Both the position numbers and the translations under genes were made by a program. From positions 4,475,757 through 4,539,756 of the forward strand of contig CAXXKJ010000002.1 of the NCBI GenBank assembly GCA_963675295.2: a DNA stretch of 64,000 nucleotides, given 5' to 3'. Origin of the DNA: a bacterium. Lineage in GTDB: Bacteria > Electryoneota > Electryoneia > Electryoneales > Electryoneaceae. Of the stretch, positions 34,750 through 45,087 are shown one piece after another. A model generated the notes under the pieces. It ran no database searches and was not told where the DNA came from. It worked only from the letters and a program-made list of their open reading frames with translations. The number at the start of each line of letters is the position of its first letter. The stretch's first letter is position 1.

Positions 34750-34988
34750 GCATCAGACGCAACGGATGCAAAGGAAGCAAAAGACGCAAAGGAAGCAACA
34801 GATAAAAGAAACTGCCACGGATGGCGAATCCGTGGCAGTGTTATTTTTGGTACGTCCTTCAGCAACGGCGCTTTTGCACGTTGCCAATCGCAACCCAATT
34901 TCTCGTTACCTTAGGCATCATTCGCATCAGTTGCGTCAGTTGCGTCAGTTGCGTCAGTTGCGTCTGTGGCGTCTGTGGCGTCCGTTGC
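34750..34988. repeat. two inverted 9-mer tandem arrays with an internal palindrome
   Basis: GCAAMNGAN x6 (34750-34803) and its reverse complement x8 (34917-34988); ACTGCCACGGAT-ggcga-ATCCGTGGCAGT at 34811-34839. Confidence 0.8.
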
Positions 34989-34994
34989 CGTCAC

Positions 34995-35972
34995 TCACTT
35001 CTTCATCCCATGCGCCTCGAAAATCGGCTGGAAGTGGTCATGCAGCTCGGCGGAACTGGCGGCAAAAATGCCCTCGTTGGCGGTCATCCGGTCGCCCTTG
35101 GTCCAGTCGATTGGCTTGCCTTCGAGGTCGGTGATCTTTCCGCCGGCTTCGGCGACCAGCAACGCGCCCGCGGCGTGATCCCAGTAGTACTGCGCGCCGA
35201 ACTTCGGGCTCGGGTTGCGTGGGTAGACCTCCGCCGCGCCGGTGGCGAGGGCGGCATACTTCGCCATCGAATCCATCGGGAACAATTCGACCTGCCATTT
35301 GTTTGTGTCAACACCTTCGGGGGCGGCGACCTTGTCATGCGCCCGGCTGCCGATGACCGCGAGACGGCCGCCATCCGCGAGTTTCGGCGCGTCACGGCGG
35401 GTGAAGGTTTCCTCCGCGCCATCCGCGATGTTGTAGCGTTTCACGCCCTTGCCCTGACGCGAGAGGAACAGCTTGCCGGTGATGTCCTGCATCCGCTTGT
35501 CACCAGTCGGAACTGCCATCCAACCTTCGCTGAGGTCGCCGTTGACCGACCGTCCGCACGCGACCGCGTAGAACAGGCCGGCAACGTAGCCCTTGGTGCC
35601 GTCGATCGGGTCGATGAACCAGTCGGCGCCGGAGGTGCCTTCGCCACGATAACTGATGCGGTCGCGAAGTTCGCCGAGCGAGATGCTTGCGCCGGTGACC
35701 TCTTCGATGATCTCGCGCACCGGGTTCGCCTTCGCCTCTTCCATGATGGTTTCGGCTTCTTCTTCGGCGTGGACGCGGTCTTTCGGGCGAATCGACGCGA
35801 CTTCGTTGAGTAGAATCGCCTGGCTGGCGAGGTCGGCGATGGTGACCGGTGTTTTGTCTTCCTTGCTCCAGGACGCGTCCTTCGCGCCGGCTTCACGTAC
35901 CAGCAAGGTGGCCTTGGCGGCGTTCAGCATCGCGCGGGTGATGATGGTCTGTTCCTGCTCGTTCAGCAGCAT
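34995..35972 (-). CDS. inositol monophosphatase-family 3'(2'),5'-bisphosphate nucleotidase
   Basis: KEDKTPVTIAD, AEE, IDPIDGTKG, DSMAKY, WDHAAG. Confidence 0.88.
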   Translation of the reverse strand: MLLNEQEQTIITRAMLNAAKATLLVREAGAKDASWSKEDKTPVTIADLASQAILLNEVASIRPKDRVHAEEEAETIMEEAKANPVREIIEEVTGASISLGELRDRISYRGEGTSGADWFIDPIDGTKGYVAGLFYAVACGRSVNGDLSEGWMAVPTGDKRMQDITGKLFLSRQGKGVKRYNIADGAEETFTRRDAPKLADGGRLAVIGSRAHDKVAAPEGVDTNKWQVELFPMDSMAKYAALATGAAEVYPRNPSPKFGAQYYWDHAAGALLVAEAGGKITDLEGKPIDWTKGDRMTANEGIFAASSAELHDHFQPIFEAHGMKK

Positions 35973-36247
35973 CGGTATCTCACGTTGGGTTCTTGGTGTG
36001 TGTGTTCGCGGCTTAGGATACGGGGCAGGGTGGTGTGTTGCAAGGACGACGGTCACACGGTGGAGTCCTGCATTAGCACACAGTATGGTCGTGCTTCCAT
36101 GCTGCGTGTTGAAACGGTGACGCGGGAAGCTCTCTGATCTCGAAGTATTTTCAGGAATTCCGGCGTGCAGGTTGAATCTTCAGGCGCTTTCAATTAGTTT
36201 CAAAGACGTATGTTATAATCGACTTAAATCGGCTTCCTGGGGGATGT

Positions 36248-37843
36248 ATGAATCGGACCTTGATGATCCTGTGCGTTGGTCTGCTGCTTTGCCTCGTCAC
36301 ATTTCCATCCATCGCCCAACCACCCGAAACCCTGTGGACCCGAACATTCAACAGCTGGGAAAATTCAGTTGACAAGGGCTTTGATGTGCAGCAGACCGCT
36401 GATGGTGGATTCGTTGTCGTTGGCTTCATGGAACCCGAAGAGGGCGGAAATGATGCCTGGGTAATCAGAACCGATCCCAACGGTGATGAGATCTGGAATC
36501 AAACGCTTGGCGGCGATCAGACCGACGAGGGATATGGTATTGTTCAATGTGCGGACGGTAGTTTCGTTGTGGTTGGAAAAACGAGTTCCACGGGCGAAGG
36601 GTGGTTTGATGCCTGGTTGTTCAAGATGGATGCAAACGGCAACCGGGTGTGGGCACGAACCTTCGGTGACACTGAGTTGGATCGTGGTTATTCACTGCAA
36701 CAAACCACAGATGGTGGATTTATCCTCGTCGGAACGACACAACCCTCAGGTTCACAGGATACCGATGTTCTGCTGGTGAAAACGGATGATTTTGGAAATC
36801 AACTCTGGCAGAGGACCGTTGGTTGGGCTTTGGAAGACTATGGTCGCAGCGTCCAACAGACCACGGACGGGGGCTATATCGTGGCAGGCCATACAGATTC
36901 TATCGGGCAGGGACATGAAGACGGCCTGCTTATAAAAACCGATTCAGCCGGTGAATTAGAATGGCACCGCACGTTCGGGGGAACAAGGCACGATCTACTG
37001 TACGATGTATGTCAGACGTCTGATGGCGGCTATGTCATGGTTGGTGAGACAGACTCCCTCGGCGCCGATTATCGTGATGAGCTGTGGATGATAAAGACGG
37101 ACCCGAGCGGTTACCTGCAGTGGTCACGAACATACGGCGGGTGGCTTGATGATGAAGGAGTCAGTATCCGGCAGACCAGTGATGGCGGTTTCGTCATGGC
37201 AGGAACCCACTGGGTAGTTGGCACACCTGAGATGTGGTTGATACGAACCGATGAACTTGGAAATTATCAGTGGTCCAAACTCTTTAATAATGGTGTATAC
37301 GACAATAACGATGGGGGTCACAGTGTCCGTCAAACCTCAGATGGCGGCTACATCATGACTGGTTTCATCGGGTACCCGACGACTCGTGCCGATATCGCAT
37401 TGATTCGAGTCGCCAGCGATCTGGCAGCCGATCTGACGTTGTCCATTGCACCCGTCAACGCACCCATTGTCTTGCCCGCGGGTGGCGGATCGTTTCAGTT
37501 CACGGCCCTTGTCCAGAATCTGACCGATTATACCCAGACATTTGCAGCCTGGTCAGCAGTCGATCTGCCGAATGGAACGACCTATGGTCCGGTTCTGCTA
37601 CGGTACGATCTCAACCTTGCTCCGGGTGGACAGTTCGATGTTGTGCTGACACAGGAAGTGCCGGGAGTTGCACCTTCGGGAGTGTATGTGTACCGAGGTT
37701 CGGTCGGGTTCTACCCTTTTAATACCTTTGATACCAGCGAATTGGAATTCGAAAAGCTTGGGCCATCCGGACAATCGAACACAACTGCATGGAACACTGG
37801 AATTCTTAGCGATAGATATGTCTTTGTCTGGCCGCCTTTCTGA
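36248..37843 (+). CDS. secreted beta-propeller repeat protein (QTxDGGY repeats) with C-terminal beta-rich domain
   Basis: Signal peptide; about 7 QQTxDGGY..G / W..KTD.xG..W repeats. Confidence 0.85.
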   Translation: MNRTLMILCVGLLLCLVTFPSIAQPPETLWTRTFNSWENSVDKGFDVQQTADGGFVVVGFMEPEEGGNDAWVIRTDPNGDEIWNQTLGGDQTDEGYGIVQCADGSFVVVGKTSSTGEGWFDAWLFKMDANGNRVWARTFGDTELDRGYSLQQTTDGGFILVGTTQPSGSQDTDVLLVKTDDFGNQLWQRTVGWALEDYGRSVQQTTDGGYIVAGHTDSIGQGHEDGLLIKTDSAGELEWHRTFGGTRHDLLYDVCQTSDGGYVMVGETDSLGADYRDELWMIKTDPSGYLQWSRTYGGWLDDEGVSIRQTSDGGFVMAGTHWVVGTPEMWLIRTDELGNYQWSKLFNNGVYDNNDGGHSVRQTSDGGYIMTGFIGYPTTRADIALIRVASDLAADLTLSIAPVNAPIVLPAGGGSFQFTALVQNLTDYTQTFAAWSAVDLPNGTTYGPVLLRYDLNLAPGGQFDVVLTQEVPGVAPSGVYVYRGSVGFYPFNTFDTSELEFEKLGPSGQSNTTAWNTGILSDRYVFVWPPF

Positions 37844-37855
37844 CACGGGGGAAGT

Positions 37856-39418
37856 ATGAAACGCTCCGCAACGATCATGTCTTTATTGCTGCTTGCTATC
37901 CTGATTTCCGTACCAACCTTCGCTCAGCTGCCTGAGGCACTCTGGTTTCAAACGATTGGTGGCTATGAAGATGAGCTCGCTTACTGCGTCCAACAGACTG
38001 CGGACGGCGGATTTATTGTAACAGGGTATACATACTCCTTTGGCGCGGGGGGAACTGACATATGTTTAGTGAAAACTGATTCTAACGGCAATGTTGTCTG
38101 GTATGAAACATTTGGCGGAATGGAAAGTGATGTTGGGAAGAGTGTGAGAGCAACAAATGATGGTGGATATATCATTTGCGGAAATACAATGTCTTTTGGT
38201 GAGGGAAATATCGATATTATGCTGATTAAAACGGATTCACTGGGTGAAATGCTCTGGCAACGAACATTTGGAACTGTTGAAAATGAAGTTGCATTCGACG
38301 TTCAGTTGACAACGGATGACGGGTACCTGATAACTGGAACCAGACAACCATATGGAGCTCCGTCGGACAGCATGGATGCATGGTTAATCAAGACTGATGC
38401 AGAAGGTGATACTGTTTGGACACGCATCTTCGGAGGAATGCAATGCGATGGATTACTTAGTAGCAAGCAAACTTCTGACGGAGGCTACATTTCAGTTGGA
38501 ATTACAGATTCATTCGGTGATCATGATGATGAAGCATGGCTGTTGAAGACCAATGCCAACGGAAATGAAATCTGGTCAAGGACATTTGGTGGTGAAGAAG
38601 AAGATTCATTTAGTAATATTCAACTAACCTCAGATGGTGGTTATGTAATGGTTGGAAACTCTTATGGTGTTGACGAGGATGATCGTGCTATCTGGCTGGT
38701 TCGAACCGACGAATCTGGCAATGAACTATGGTCAAAGACTTATGGTGGTGAGTACGATGATAGTGGCCAAAGTGTGAAACAAACTGATGACGGTGGATTT
38801 ATCCTGATTGGATGGGAATTCAAGTATGGTGGATGGGAGGAACAATTATGGATGATCAAAACCGATGAGGTTGGATATCCCATCTGGTCGCAAACCTTTG
38901 GTGGACCCGGCAGGGACGTAGCATTAAGCGTCGTTCAAACAGCAAATGGAGATTATGTCGTAGCCGGTTCGACCTATTCCTACAGGATTCACTCTGATAT
39001 CCTCCTGCTTCGAGTCGCAAGGGAACAGATTCCAGCCGTTTCGTTAGCAATTGCTCCAGTTGATCCTCCAGTAGTGATTCCGTCACCGGGTGGTACGTTT
39101 GAATACTTCGCTTTGATCACGAATGACGACGACAGCCCCGTTGCGTTCGATGCCTGGGTGGAGGTCGAACTTCCAGACGGAACAACCCGCAGCCCTGTCC
39201 TGTTCCGGCAAAATCTTACCCTCGCTGCAGGTGAACAGATTGATGTCACTTTGATCCAGGAGGTTCCGGGATTCGCGTCGGCAGGTGTGTATCTCTATCG
39301 CGGTATCGTAGGGAATTATCCGGATGTCGTGTTCAGCTACAGCGAATTCGAGTTTGAAAAGCTACCCCCAACCAGACACTCCAATGTAAACAACTGGAAT
39401 ACCAGCCTTCGGAAATGA
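37856..39418 (+). CDS. secreted beta-propeller repeat protein, paralog
   Basis: Same repeats and C-terminal domain; visibly AT-rich DNA. Confidence 0.85.
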   Translation: MKRSATIMSLLLLAILISVPTFAQLPEALWFQTIGGYEDELAYCVQQTADGGFIVTGYTYSFGAGGTDICLVKTDSNGNVVWYETFGGMESDVGKSVRATNDGGYIICGNTMSFGEGNIDIMLIKTDSLGEMLWQRTFGTVENEVAFDVQLTTDDGYLITGTRQPYGAPSDSMDAWLIKTDAEGDTVWTRIFGGMQCDGLLSSKQTSDGGYISVGITDSFGDHDDEAWLLKTNANGNEIWSRTFGGEEEDSFSNIQLTSDGGYVMVGNSYGVDEDDRAIWLVRTDESGNELWSKTYGGEYDDSGQSVKQTDDGGFILIGWEFKYGGWEEQLWMIKTDEVGYPIWSQTFGGPGRDVALSVVQTANGDYVVAGSTYSYRIHSDILLLRVAREQIPAVSLAIAPVDPPVVIPSPGGTFEYFALITNDDDSPVAFDAWVEVELPDGTTRSPVLFRQNLTLAAGEQIDVTLIQEVPGFASAGVYLYRGIVGNYPDVVFSYSEFEFEKLPPTRHSNVNNWNTSLRK

Positions 39419-39582
39419 ACCATTGATCATTTCCGCGACACCATCTCGCAGGACCTGCTCTTTCCCCTCCGAGGTCTCCTCATTGCGCGCAAATACGGAT
39501 ACCCGTAGATTGTGCGCCGGTTTCACCCTTTCAGGATTCGCCGCCCGCGAACCCGGGCGAGCGCATGGATCACGGAGCATGC

Positions 39583-40992
39583 ATGAACCCGTTTCAGAAC
39601 AACGAGCCCTCGACACAGCCCACCCTGCCGGCGTCCCGGCTGGAACGGGAATTCGGGAAACCGTCCAGCGAATGGACCGACGACGACCTGATCTCGTTTG
39701 TGCGGGACAATGGCATCCGTCTGGTGTCCTTGATGCACATGGGCGGTGACGGTTGGCTGAAGACGCTGGATTTTGTCCCGCGTGACTTTGTCCACCTGCA
39801 GAATGTGGTCACTGGCGGCGAGCGTGCGGACGGCTCCTCCCTGTTCGGTAACCTCGGGATCCGGACGGGCAAATCGGACATCGTGCTGCGGCCGCGGGTG
39901 TCGTCGGCGTTCATCAATCCGTTCTCGCCGGTGCCGACGTTGAGTCTGCTCTGCGGGCACTATGGCGTTGACCGGCTGCCGTTGCCGGAATCGCCGGACA
40001 CGATGGTGCGCAAGGCGTTTTACCGTGCGAAGGACGAAACCGGCGCCGAGTTGTACGCGTTGGGCGAAGTCGAATATTTCCTCGGCCGGCCGAAGGATGA
40101 GGCTGACTTTTACGGGTCGGATGACCGAGGCTATCATGCGACCAGCCCGTTCGTGTTTGGCGAGGAAGTGCGTCGCAAGGCGATGGTGCTGCTGGCGGAG
40201 ATGGGTGTCCCGCTGAAGTATGCGCACAGTGAGGTCGGGTACGTGGAAGCGTCCGACAACGACCCGACGATCTGGGAACAGCACGAGATCGAACTGGCGC
40301 TGTTGCCGTTGCCCGAAGCGGCGGAGGCGGTGGCGTTGACCATGTGGGTGCTGCGCAACCTGGCGCGTCAGGCGGGCATGCGCTGCTCGTTCAACCCGAT
40401 CCTGAAGGCCGGGCACGCCGGGTCCGGAATGCACTTCCACATGTCGCCGGTGGTGAACGGCGAACACCGTGGCGGCGAAAACGGCAGCGGCGAGATGTAT
40501 GATGTCGGCAAGTGGCTGATCGGTGGCTTGAGCCGGATCGGCGGCGCGTTAATGGCGTTCGGCAATACGGAAGAGAACTCGTTCGTGCGGCTGACGCAGG
40601 GCAAGGAAGCGCCGAACACGGTGACGTGGGGCCGGTTCAACCGCAAGGCGTTGATCCGGTTGCCGATGCTGGCGTTGAACGCCGAGGGCAAACCTGTGAG
40701 TCCACCGACGATCGAATTTCGTCTGCCGGACGGTTCCGCACATCCGCACCTGTTGCTCGCCGGGATCGCGCAGGCTTTCGTCGCGGGCAAGTCGATGGAG
40801 GATATCGACGAGTTCCTGCGTCAATCGAGCGTGGAAAATGTGGACGAGGGGAACAACGTCGGCAAGGTACCGCACACGCAGGCGGAAGTCGGTGTGCAGC
40901 TGAAACAGCACCGTGACGCGCTGGTCGCGGGCGGTGTCTTCCCCGAGCATGTGATTGACAAGTTGGTCGGGGTGTATGAGTCGATGGGGTAA
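39583..40992 (+). CDS. glnA: glutamine synthetase family protein
   Basis: DGSSL, EVEY, HSEVG, QHEIE, GSGMHFH, EAP, NRKALIRLP, IEFRLPD. Confidence 0.85.
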   Translation: MNPFQNNEPSTQPTLPASRLEREFGKPSSEWTDDDLISFVRDNGIRLVSLMHMGGDGWLKTLDFVPRDFVHLQNVVTGGERADGSSLFGNLGIRTGKSDIVLRPRVSSAFINPFSPVPTLSLLCGHYGVDRLPLPESPDTMVRKAFYRAKDETGAELYALGEVEYFLGRPKDEADFYGSDDRGYHATSPFVFGEEVRRKAMVLLAEMGVPLKYAHSEVGYVEASDNDPTIWEQHEIELALLPLPEAAEAVALTMWVLRNLARQAGMRCSFNPILKAGHAGSGMHFHMSPVVNGEHRGGENGSGEMYDVGKWLIGGLSRIGGALMAFGNTEENSFVRLTQGKEAPNTVTWGRFNRKALIRLPMLALNAEGKPVSPPTIEFRLPDGSAHPHLLLAGIAQAFVAGKSMEDIDEFLRQSSVENVDEGNNVGKVPHTQAEVGVQLKQHRDALVAGGVFPEHVIDKLVGVYESMG

Positions 40993-41004
40993 TTCCCGTC
41001 AGCC

Positions 41005-42477
41005 TTATTTCAGCAACACCACGCGCTGAATGATGTCGGCCGCTCCTGGCTGGGACAACTGGATGAAGTATGTACCGCTGGGGAACGTGGAACCGTCCAG
41101 GGTGATGCTGTGTTTCCCTGCCGCGTAGGTCCCGGTTGCAAGCGTACCCACTTGTTGGCCGATCATGTTAAACAATCGCACGTTGAGGTCTGCCGCGTTC
41201 GGTAGGTCGACTGAGACAGTCGTTGCCGCATTGAACGGGTTAGGATAGACAGAGAACGCCTCGCCTTGATTATTTCCGGCGGGGGTGATGCTGCGTTGCG
41301 GCTGTGCGCTCTCGCTGGCGAGACGGACCAACAGGATTTGGCAGGAGCTTGTGTATTGGTCCGTGGTAACTGTGCCAGCAGCGACATATCCACCATCAGG
41401 AAGTTGATGGACATTGGTGCGACTCGATAGCGGGTCCACGTCGTGCACGTAATCCCATAGCTTCGTGCCCTGTGAGTCGGTTCTCACCACCCACATGTCT
41501 TTCACGTGCTGCCCATAGGTCTCCGTTTTACCGGACAGGACATACCCACCATTCATCGTCTGCCGCACATCATACCCAACTTCATCGTCGATCCCGCCAT
41601 ACAGCTTCCACCACTCAACGGTACCTTCGGAATCTGTTTTCAGCAAGGCAGCAAAATCGGATTGCGAAGGATCATGGTTCCAGTTCACATACCCGACCCT
41701 TCCCACAGCGATGAAGCCACCATCGGAAGTTTCCCGGACGTTGAAGATGCTGTTGTACTGGATCAGGTGATAGGTATGCAACCAGAGGATCTCACCGTTT
41801 TCATCTACCTTCATCAAGAACGGACCCTCAACATTTCCTGGAACAGATTGCGCGAGCCCTGACACGATGAAGCATCCATCGGACGTTTGTTGCACGCTGG
41901 ACGCTTCGTCATAGGCGGCGGGTCTGCCGTACGACCGGTTCCAGAGCTCAGTCCCCTCCGAATCCAGCCGAACCAGCCAGACATTCGTTCTGCGCCATCT
42001 GTTGCTTTCCGTTCCGACGATGATGTAGCCGTCATCCACTGTGATCTGAATGTCTAAACCGCCTGAGCTGTACTGAAGGTTGAAAAACCGTACCCATTCC
42101 TGGTCGCCTTGCGAATCCACCTTCAGCAACATCAATTCATGATCAGAAGCTCCAGTGAGGATGTATCCGCCATCGGCAGTTTGTTTCACGCTTTTTCCGA
42201 AATCGAACGTTGATCGATCATAGGTGCGTGACCAGACTTCGTGACCATCAGGGTCTGTTTTCAGCAGGTAAACATCATATCCCGGATCAGATGGGTACTG
42301 ATAGCCGGTAATGATGAAGCCGCCATCAGCGGTAAGCTGAAGGTCCGAACACTTCTCCTCCACCCAGGGATCACCGAGGAGCCTGGTCCACAGAGCATCG
42401 GGTGGTTGAGCAAGGACTGGAAATGTGGTCAGGACAAGAAGCAGGAAAAGCATGAAAAACGTTGCGGTGCGGTTCAT
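41005..42477 (-). CDS. secreted beta-propeller repeat protein with T9SS-type C-terminal domain
   Basis: MNRT..AQPP..LWTR N-terminus; QTxDGGY repeats; VYPNPFN...VVLLK. Confidence 0.85.
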   Translation of the reverse strand: MNRTATFFMLFLLLVLTTFPVLAQPPDALWTRLLGDPWVEEKCSDLQLTADGGFIITGYQYPSDPGYDVYLLKTDPDGHEVWSRTYDRSTFDFGKSVKQTADGGYILTGASDHELMLLKVDSQGDQEWVRFFNLQYSSGGLDIQITVDDGYIIVGTESNRWRRTNVWLVRLDSEGTELWNRSYGRPAAYDEASSVQQTSDGCFIVSGLAQSVPGNVEGPFLMKVDENGEILWLHTYHLIQYNSIFNVRETSDGGFIAVGRVGYVNWNHDPSQSDFAALLKTDSEGTVEWWKLYGGIDDEVGYDVRQTMNGGYVLSGKTETYGQHVKDMWVVRTDSQGTKLWDYVHDVDPLSSRTNVHQLPDGGYVAAGTVTTDQYTSSCQILLVRLASESAQPQRSITPAGNNQGEAFSVYPNPFNAATTVSVDLPNAADLNVRLFNMIGQQVGTLATGTYAAGKHSITLDGSTFPSGTYFIQLSQPGAADIIQRVVLLK

Positions 42478-42671
42478 ACATCCCCCTGATAGATACAATC
42501 CAGATTAGGCGGATTCTCGATAGCAGAAGATACGGAACCGTTGGAAATGGAGCAAGGAAATGCCCGAGAATCCTGAAATGATACGACAAAAGAGAGATCC
42601 TACTCATCCAGCAAACTGGATGTCAGGTGTGAGATAACAGGGGTGTGGGATGAGGACTCAAGTCTCAGGTC

Positions 42672-43179
42672 TCAGGACGGAGTATACAACGCGTTCAGCC
42701 GTCTCAGGGTCGCGGGTGCGTGGCCGGCGTAGTGGTTGTTGGCGTAGACGAGGATGCGTTTCAGTTTTCCGGACGTGCGGAAGGTCCGCAGCAACTCCGC
42801 CCAACGGGTCAGGCTTTCGGTGTAGTCGAGGACTTCCTTGTCCCAGCGTTCGACCAGTTCCTCGGTCTTCTTTCGGTCGCCGAGCAGACGGATGTAAGCC
42901 CAGTCGACGGTCAACGGATCCCAGCGTTTGACAACCTCATCGCCGTGCGGCATCCAAGCCTGGTCGACCAGCGCGGGCGCGACCTTGTGGTCCTTGAGCA
43001 TGGAGAAGAAATCGTCGCTGAGCCAGGCCTTGTTGCGGATTTCGACGGCGAACTCGCGGCCATTGTCGCGGGGCAGGTCGGCGAGAAAACGGTCCAGCTT
43101 GCTGAAGAAGACCTCTTCGTCCGGGAACGCCTTCTTGTTGAAATACGGGAACTGATCAGCAGCGGGCCGCGTTTGTCGC
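42672..43179 (-). pseudogene. 3' fragment of a DUF72 gene (second allele of 45083-45591)
   Basis: Near-identical to the C-terminal half of the intact gene; 4 aa differences in the last 109 aa; 1-bp deletion near 43154; no 5' half. Confidence 0.92.
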
Positions 43180-43243
43180 GGGCGGTGTCTTCCCCGAACA
43201 TGTAATCGACAAGCTGGTCGGTGTGTACGAGTCGATGAGCTGA
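43175..43243 (+). pseudogene. 69-bp 3' fragment of glnA (second allele of 40924-40992)
   Basis: Encodes VAGGVFPEHVIDKLVGVYESMS-stop; 9 mismatches, all synonymous except the last sense codon. Confidence 0.9.
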
Positions 43244-43289
43244 CGGCTCAAACCACGGAAGACACGGAATACTCGAAAGTAAGACACTC

Positions 43290-43317
43290 AACGCCCGGCT
43301 GATCGCCGGGCGTTTTG
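43290..43317. terminator. rho-independent terminator
   Basis: AACGCCCGGC-tgatc-GCCGGGCGTTTT. Confidence 0.7.
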
Positions 43318-43389
43318 GTCTCAAGTCACTGTGTAGCTGCGTCGCGTTGAAGATCGAGCGGTCTCGATCCTGTCGCGATATTGTTGTTA

Positions 43390-44925
43390 TCAATGATCGT
43401 CCTCGGGACTCCCCGGGGACAGCTTCGTGAAATCGAACTCGCTGGAATCGAGGATCAGGCCGGGGTAGTTGCCTACGCATCCGCGGAAAGTGTACGTACC
43501 CGATAACAGGAATGCCGGTACGATTTGTGTCAGCGTCACATTGATTTCACCACCAGCTGGCAGGTACAAATTGTGCCGGATCATGATGGGGCCGAACGTA
43601 TTTCCGTTTGTCAGGTCGAGTTCTGTCCACGCGTCGAAGTTGGCGGTCTCTTGTGTCGGATTCTGAACAAGTGCGCGGAATCGAAACAAAGAACCATTCG
43701 GTTGAATCTCAACGGGTGAATTGATGGGGACCAGACTGATGTTCAGCTCGGGATCATCGCTTGCTAGCCGTAACAAACCGACCTCTTTCCCGTTCGCATA
43801 AACATCAACGACAACTCCGCTGATGATGTACCCGCCGTCTTCAGTCGGATGGACCGTGTAGCCGTTGTCAGCATACGGTCCGCCATAAGTCTGCGACCAG
43901 ATTTCGATCCCGGCACTATCTGTTCTCATCAGCCAGATATCTGACCCACCCGCTCCGAATGAATCTGTTCCGCCGCATAAGACATAATCGCCTGCGGTGG
44001 TTTGAAAAACGCTATTGAATGATTCACCACCTGTACTGCCATAGGTTCTCGACCACATCAGACTTCCATCCACATCCGTCTTTACCAGCCAGGCTTGCGA
44101 ATCGTACGAATTTTTGTTCCCGGCTGCGATGTAACCGCCGTCCGCAGTTTGTTGTACGCTGTTTCCTGCCTCGGAAACATGCATTTCGCCAAATGTCTGC
44201 AGCCACTCTTCGTTGCCGTCAGCATCCGTTTTCAGCAAGATCAGGTCGTATTGATCCCGATCAATCGGTGTGGTAAATCCCGTGGCGATATACCCGCCAT
44301 CCAATGTCTGCTGAACGCAACCTCCTTCGCTCGCGTAGTCGAAGTCTCCCACCCCCCAAAGATGATCCCAGATTTCGTTGCCTTCCGGATCCGTTTTGAG
44401 CAACCATAGGTACGGGCCAGTGGCACCTTGCGGTGAATTACTTCCTGTGACAATGAACCCGCCGTCCGAAGTCTCTGTGATGTACCTGCCATGCTGATTG
44501 CCGATATCGCCAAATGTGCGTGACCAAACCGCGGCTCCATTCGCATCAAGTTTGATCAACCAGAGATCAAACCCTCCAGCTCCGGATGATTCTGTGTAGC
44601 CGGTGACGATATAGCCACCGTCCTGAGTCTCCTGGACACTATCTCCGCGATCGCGTTCGGGCCCGCCGAACGTTTGCCACCAGATCTCCGAACCGTAAGC
44701 GTCCGTCCTGAGCACGTAGGCATCCATGGAGCCTGCCCCGAATGAGTAGGTATACCCCGTGATCACATACCCGCCATCGGATGTTACCTGCATGTGCTGA
44801 GCAGTATCATTGCTTGGGCCGCCAAAGGTGTGAGTCCAGAGTGTTGCGGGAGGTTGTGCGTGGGACGATGATGTTAGCAGAAAAACAACTGTGAAGAAGG
44901 TAGAAAACCTCGCGGAATGTTTCAT
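43390..44925 (-). CDS. secreted beta-propeller repeat protein with C-terminal beta-rich domain
   Basis: Signal peptide ending AQPP; QTxDGGY repeats; same C-terminal domain as 36248 and 37856; start MKHSAR. Confidence 0.85.
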   Translation of the reverse strand: MKHSARFSTFFTVVFLLTSSSHAQPPATLWTHTFGGPSNDTAQHMQVTSDGGYVITGYTYSFGAGSMDAYVLRTDAYGSEIWWQTFGGPERDRGDSVQETQDGGYIVTGYTESSGAGGFDLWLIKLDANGAAVWSRTFGDIGNQHGRYITETSDGGFIVTGSNSPQGATGPYLWLLKTDPEGNEIWDHLWGVGDFDYASEGGCVQQTLDGGYIATGFTTPIDRDQYDLILLKTDADGNEEWLQTFGEMHVSEAGNSVQQTADGGYIAAGNKNSYDSQAWLVKTDVDGSLMWSRTYGSTGGESFNSVFQTTAGDYVLCGGTDSFGAGGSDIWLMRTDSAGIEIWSQTYGGPYADNGYTVHPTEDGGYIISGVVVDVYANGKEVGLLRLASDDPELNISLVPINSPVEIQPNGSLFRFRALVQNPTQETANFDAWTELDLTNGNTFGPIMIRHNLYLPAGGEINVTLTQIVPAFLLSGTYTFRGCVGNYPGLILDSSEFDFTKLSPGSPEDDH

Positions 44926-45038
44926 TGGATTGTCCACTCGTGAGTTTGCGTCAAAGGAACATCGTTCCGCATGTGTCAAGAATATACGAATCACATCTCG
45001 ATGCGAAATTCAGTCAACAGAATAACACAATCCACCCA

Positions 45039-45087
45039 ACTCAAGTCTCAAGTCTCAAGACTCAGGTCTCAGGTCTCAGGTCTCAGG
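45039..45087. repeat. heptamer tandem repeat (TCTCARG)n
   Basis: Visible run at the DUF72 stop; shorter copy at 42655-42676. Confidence 0.85.
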
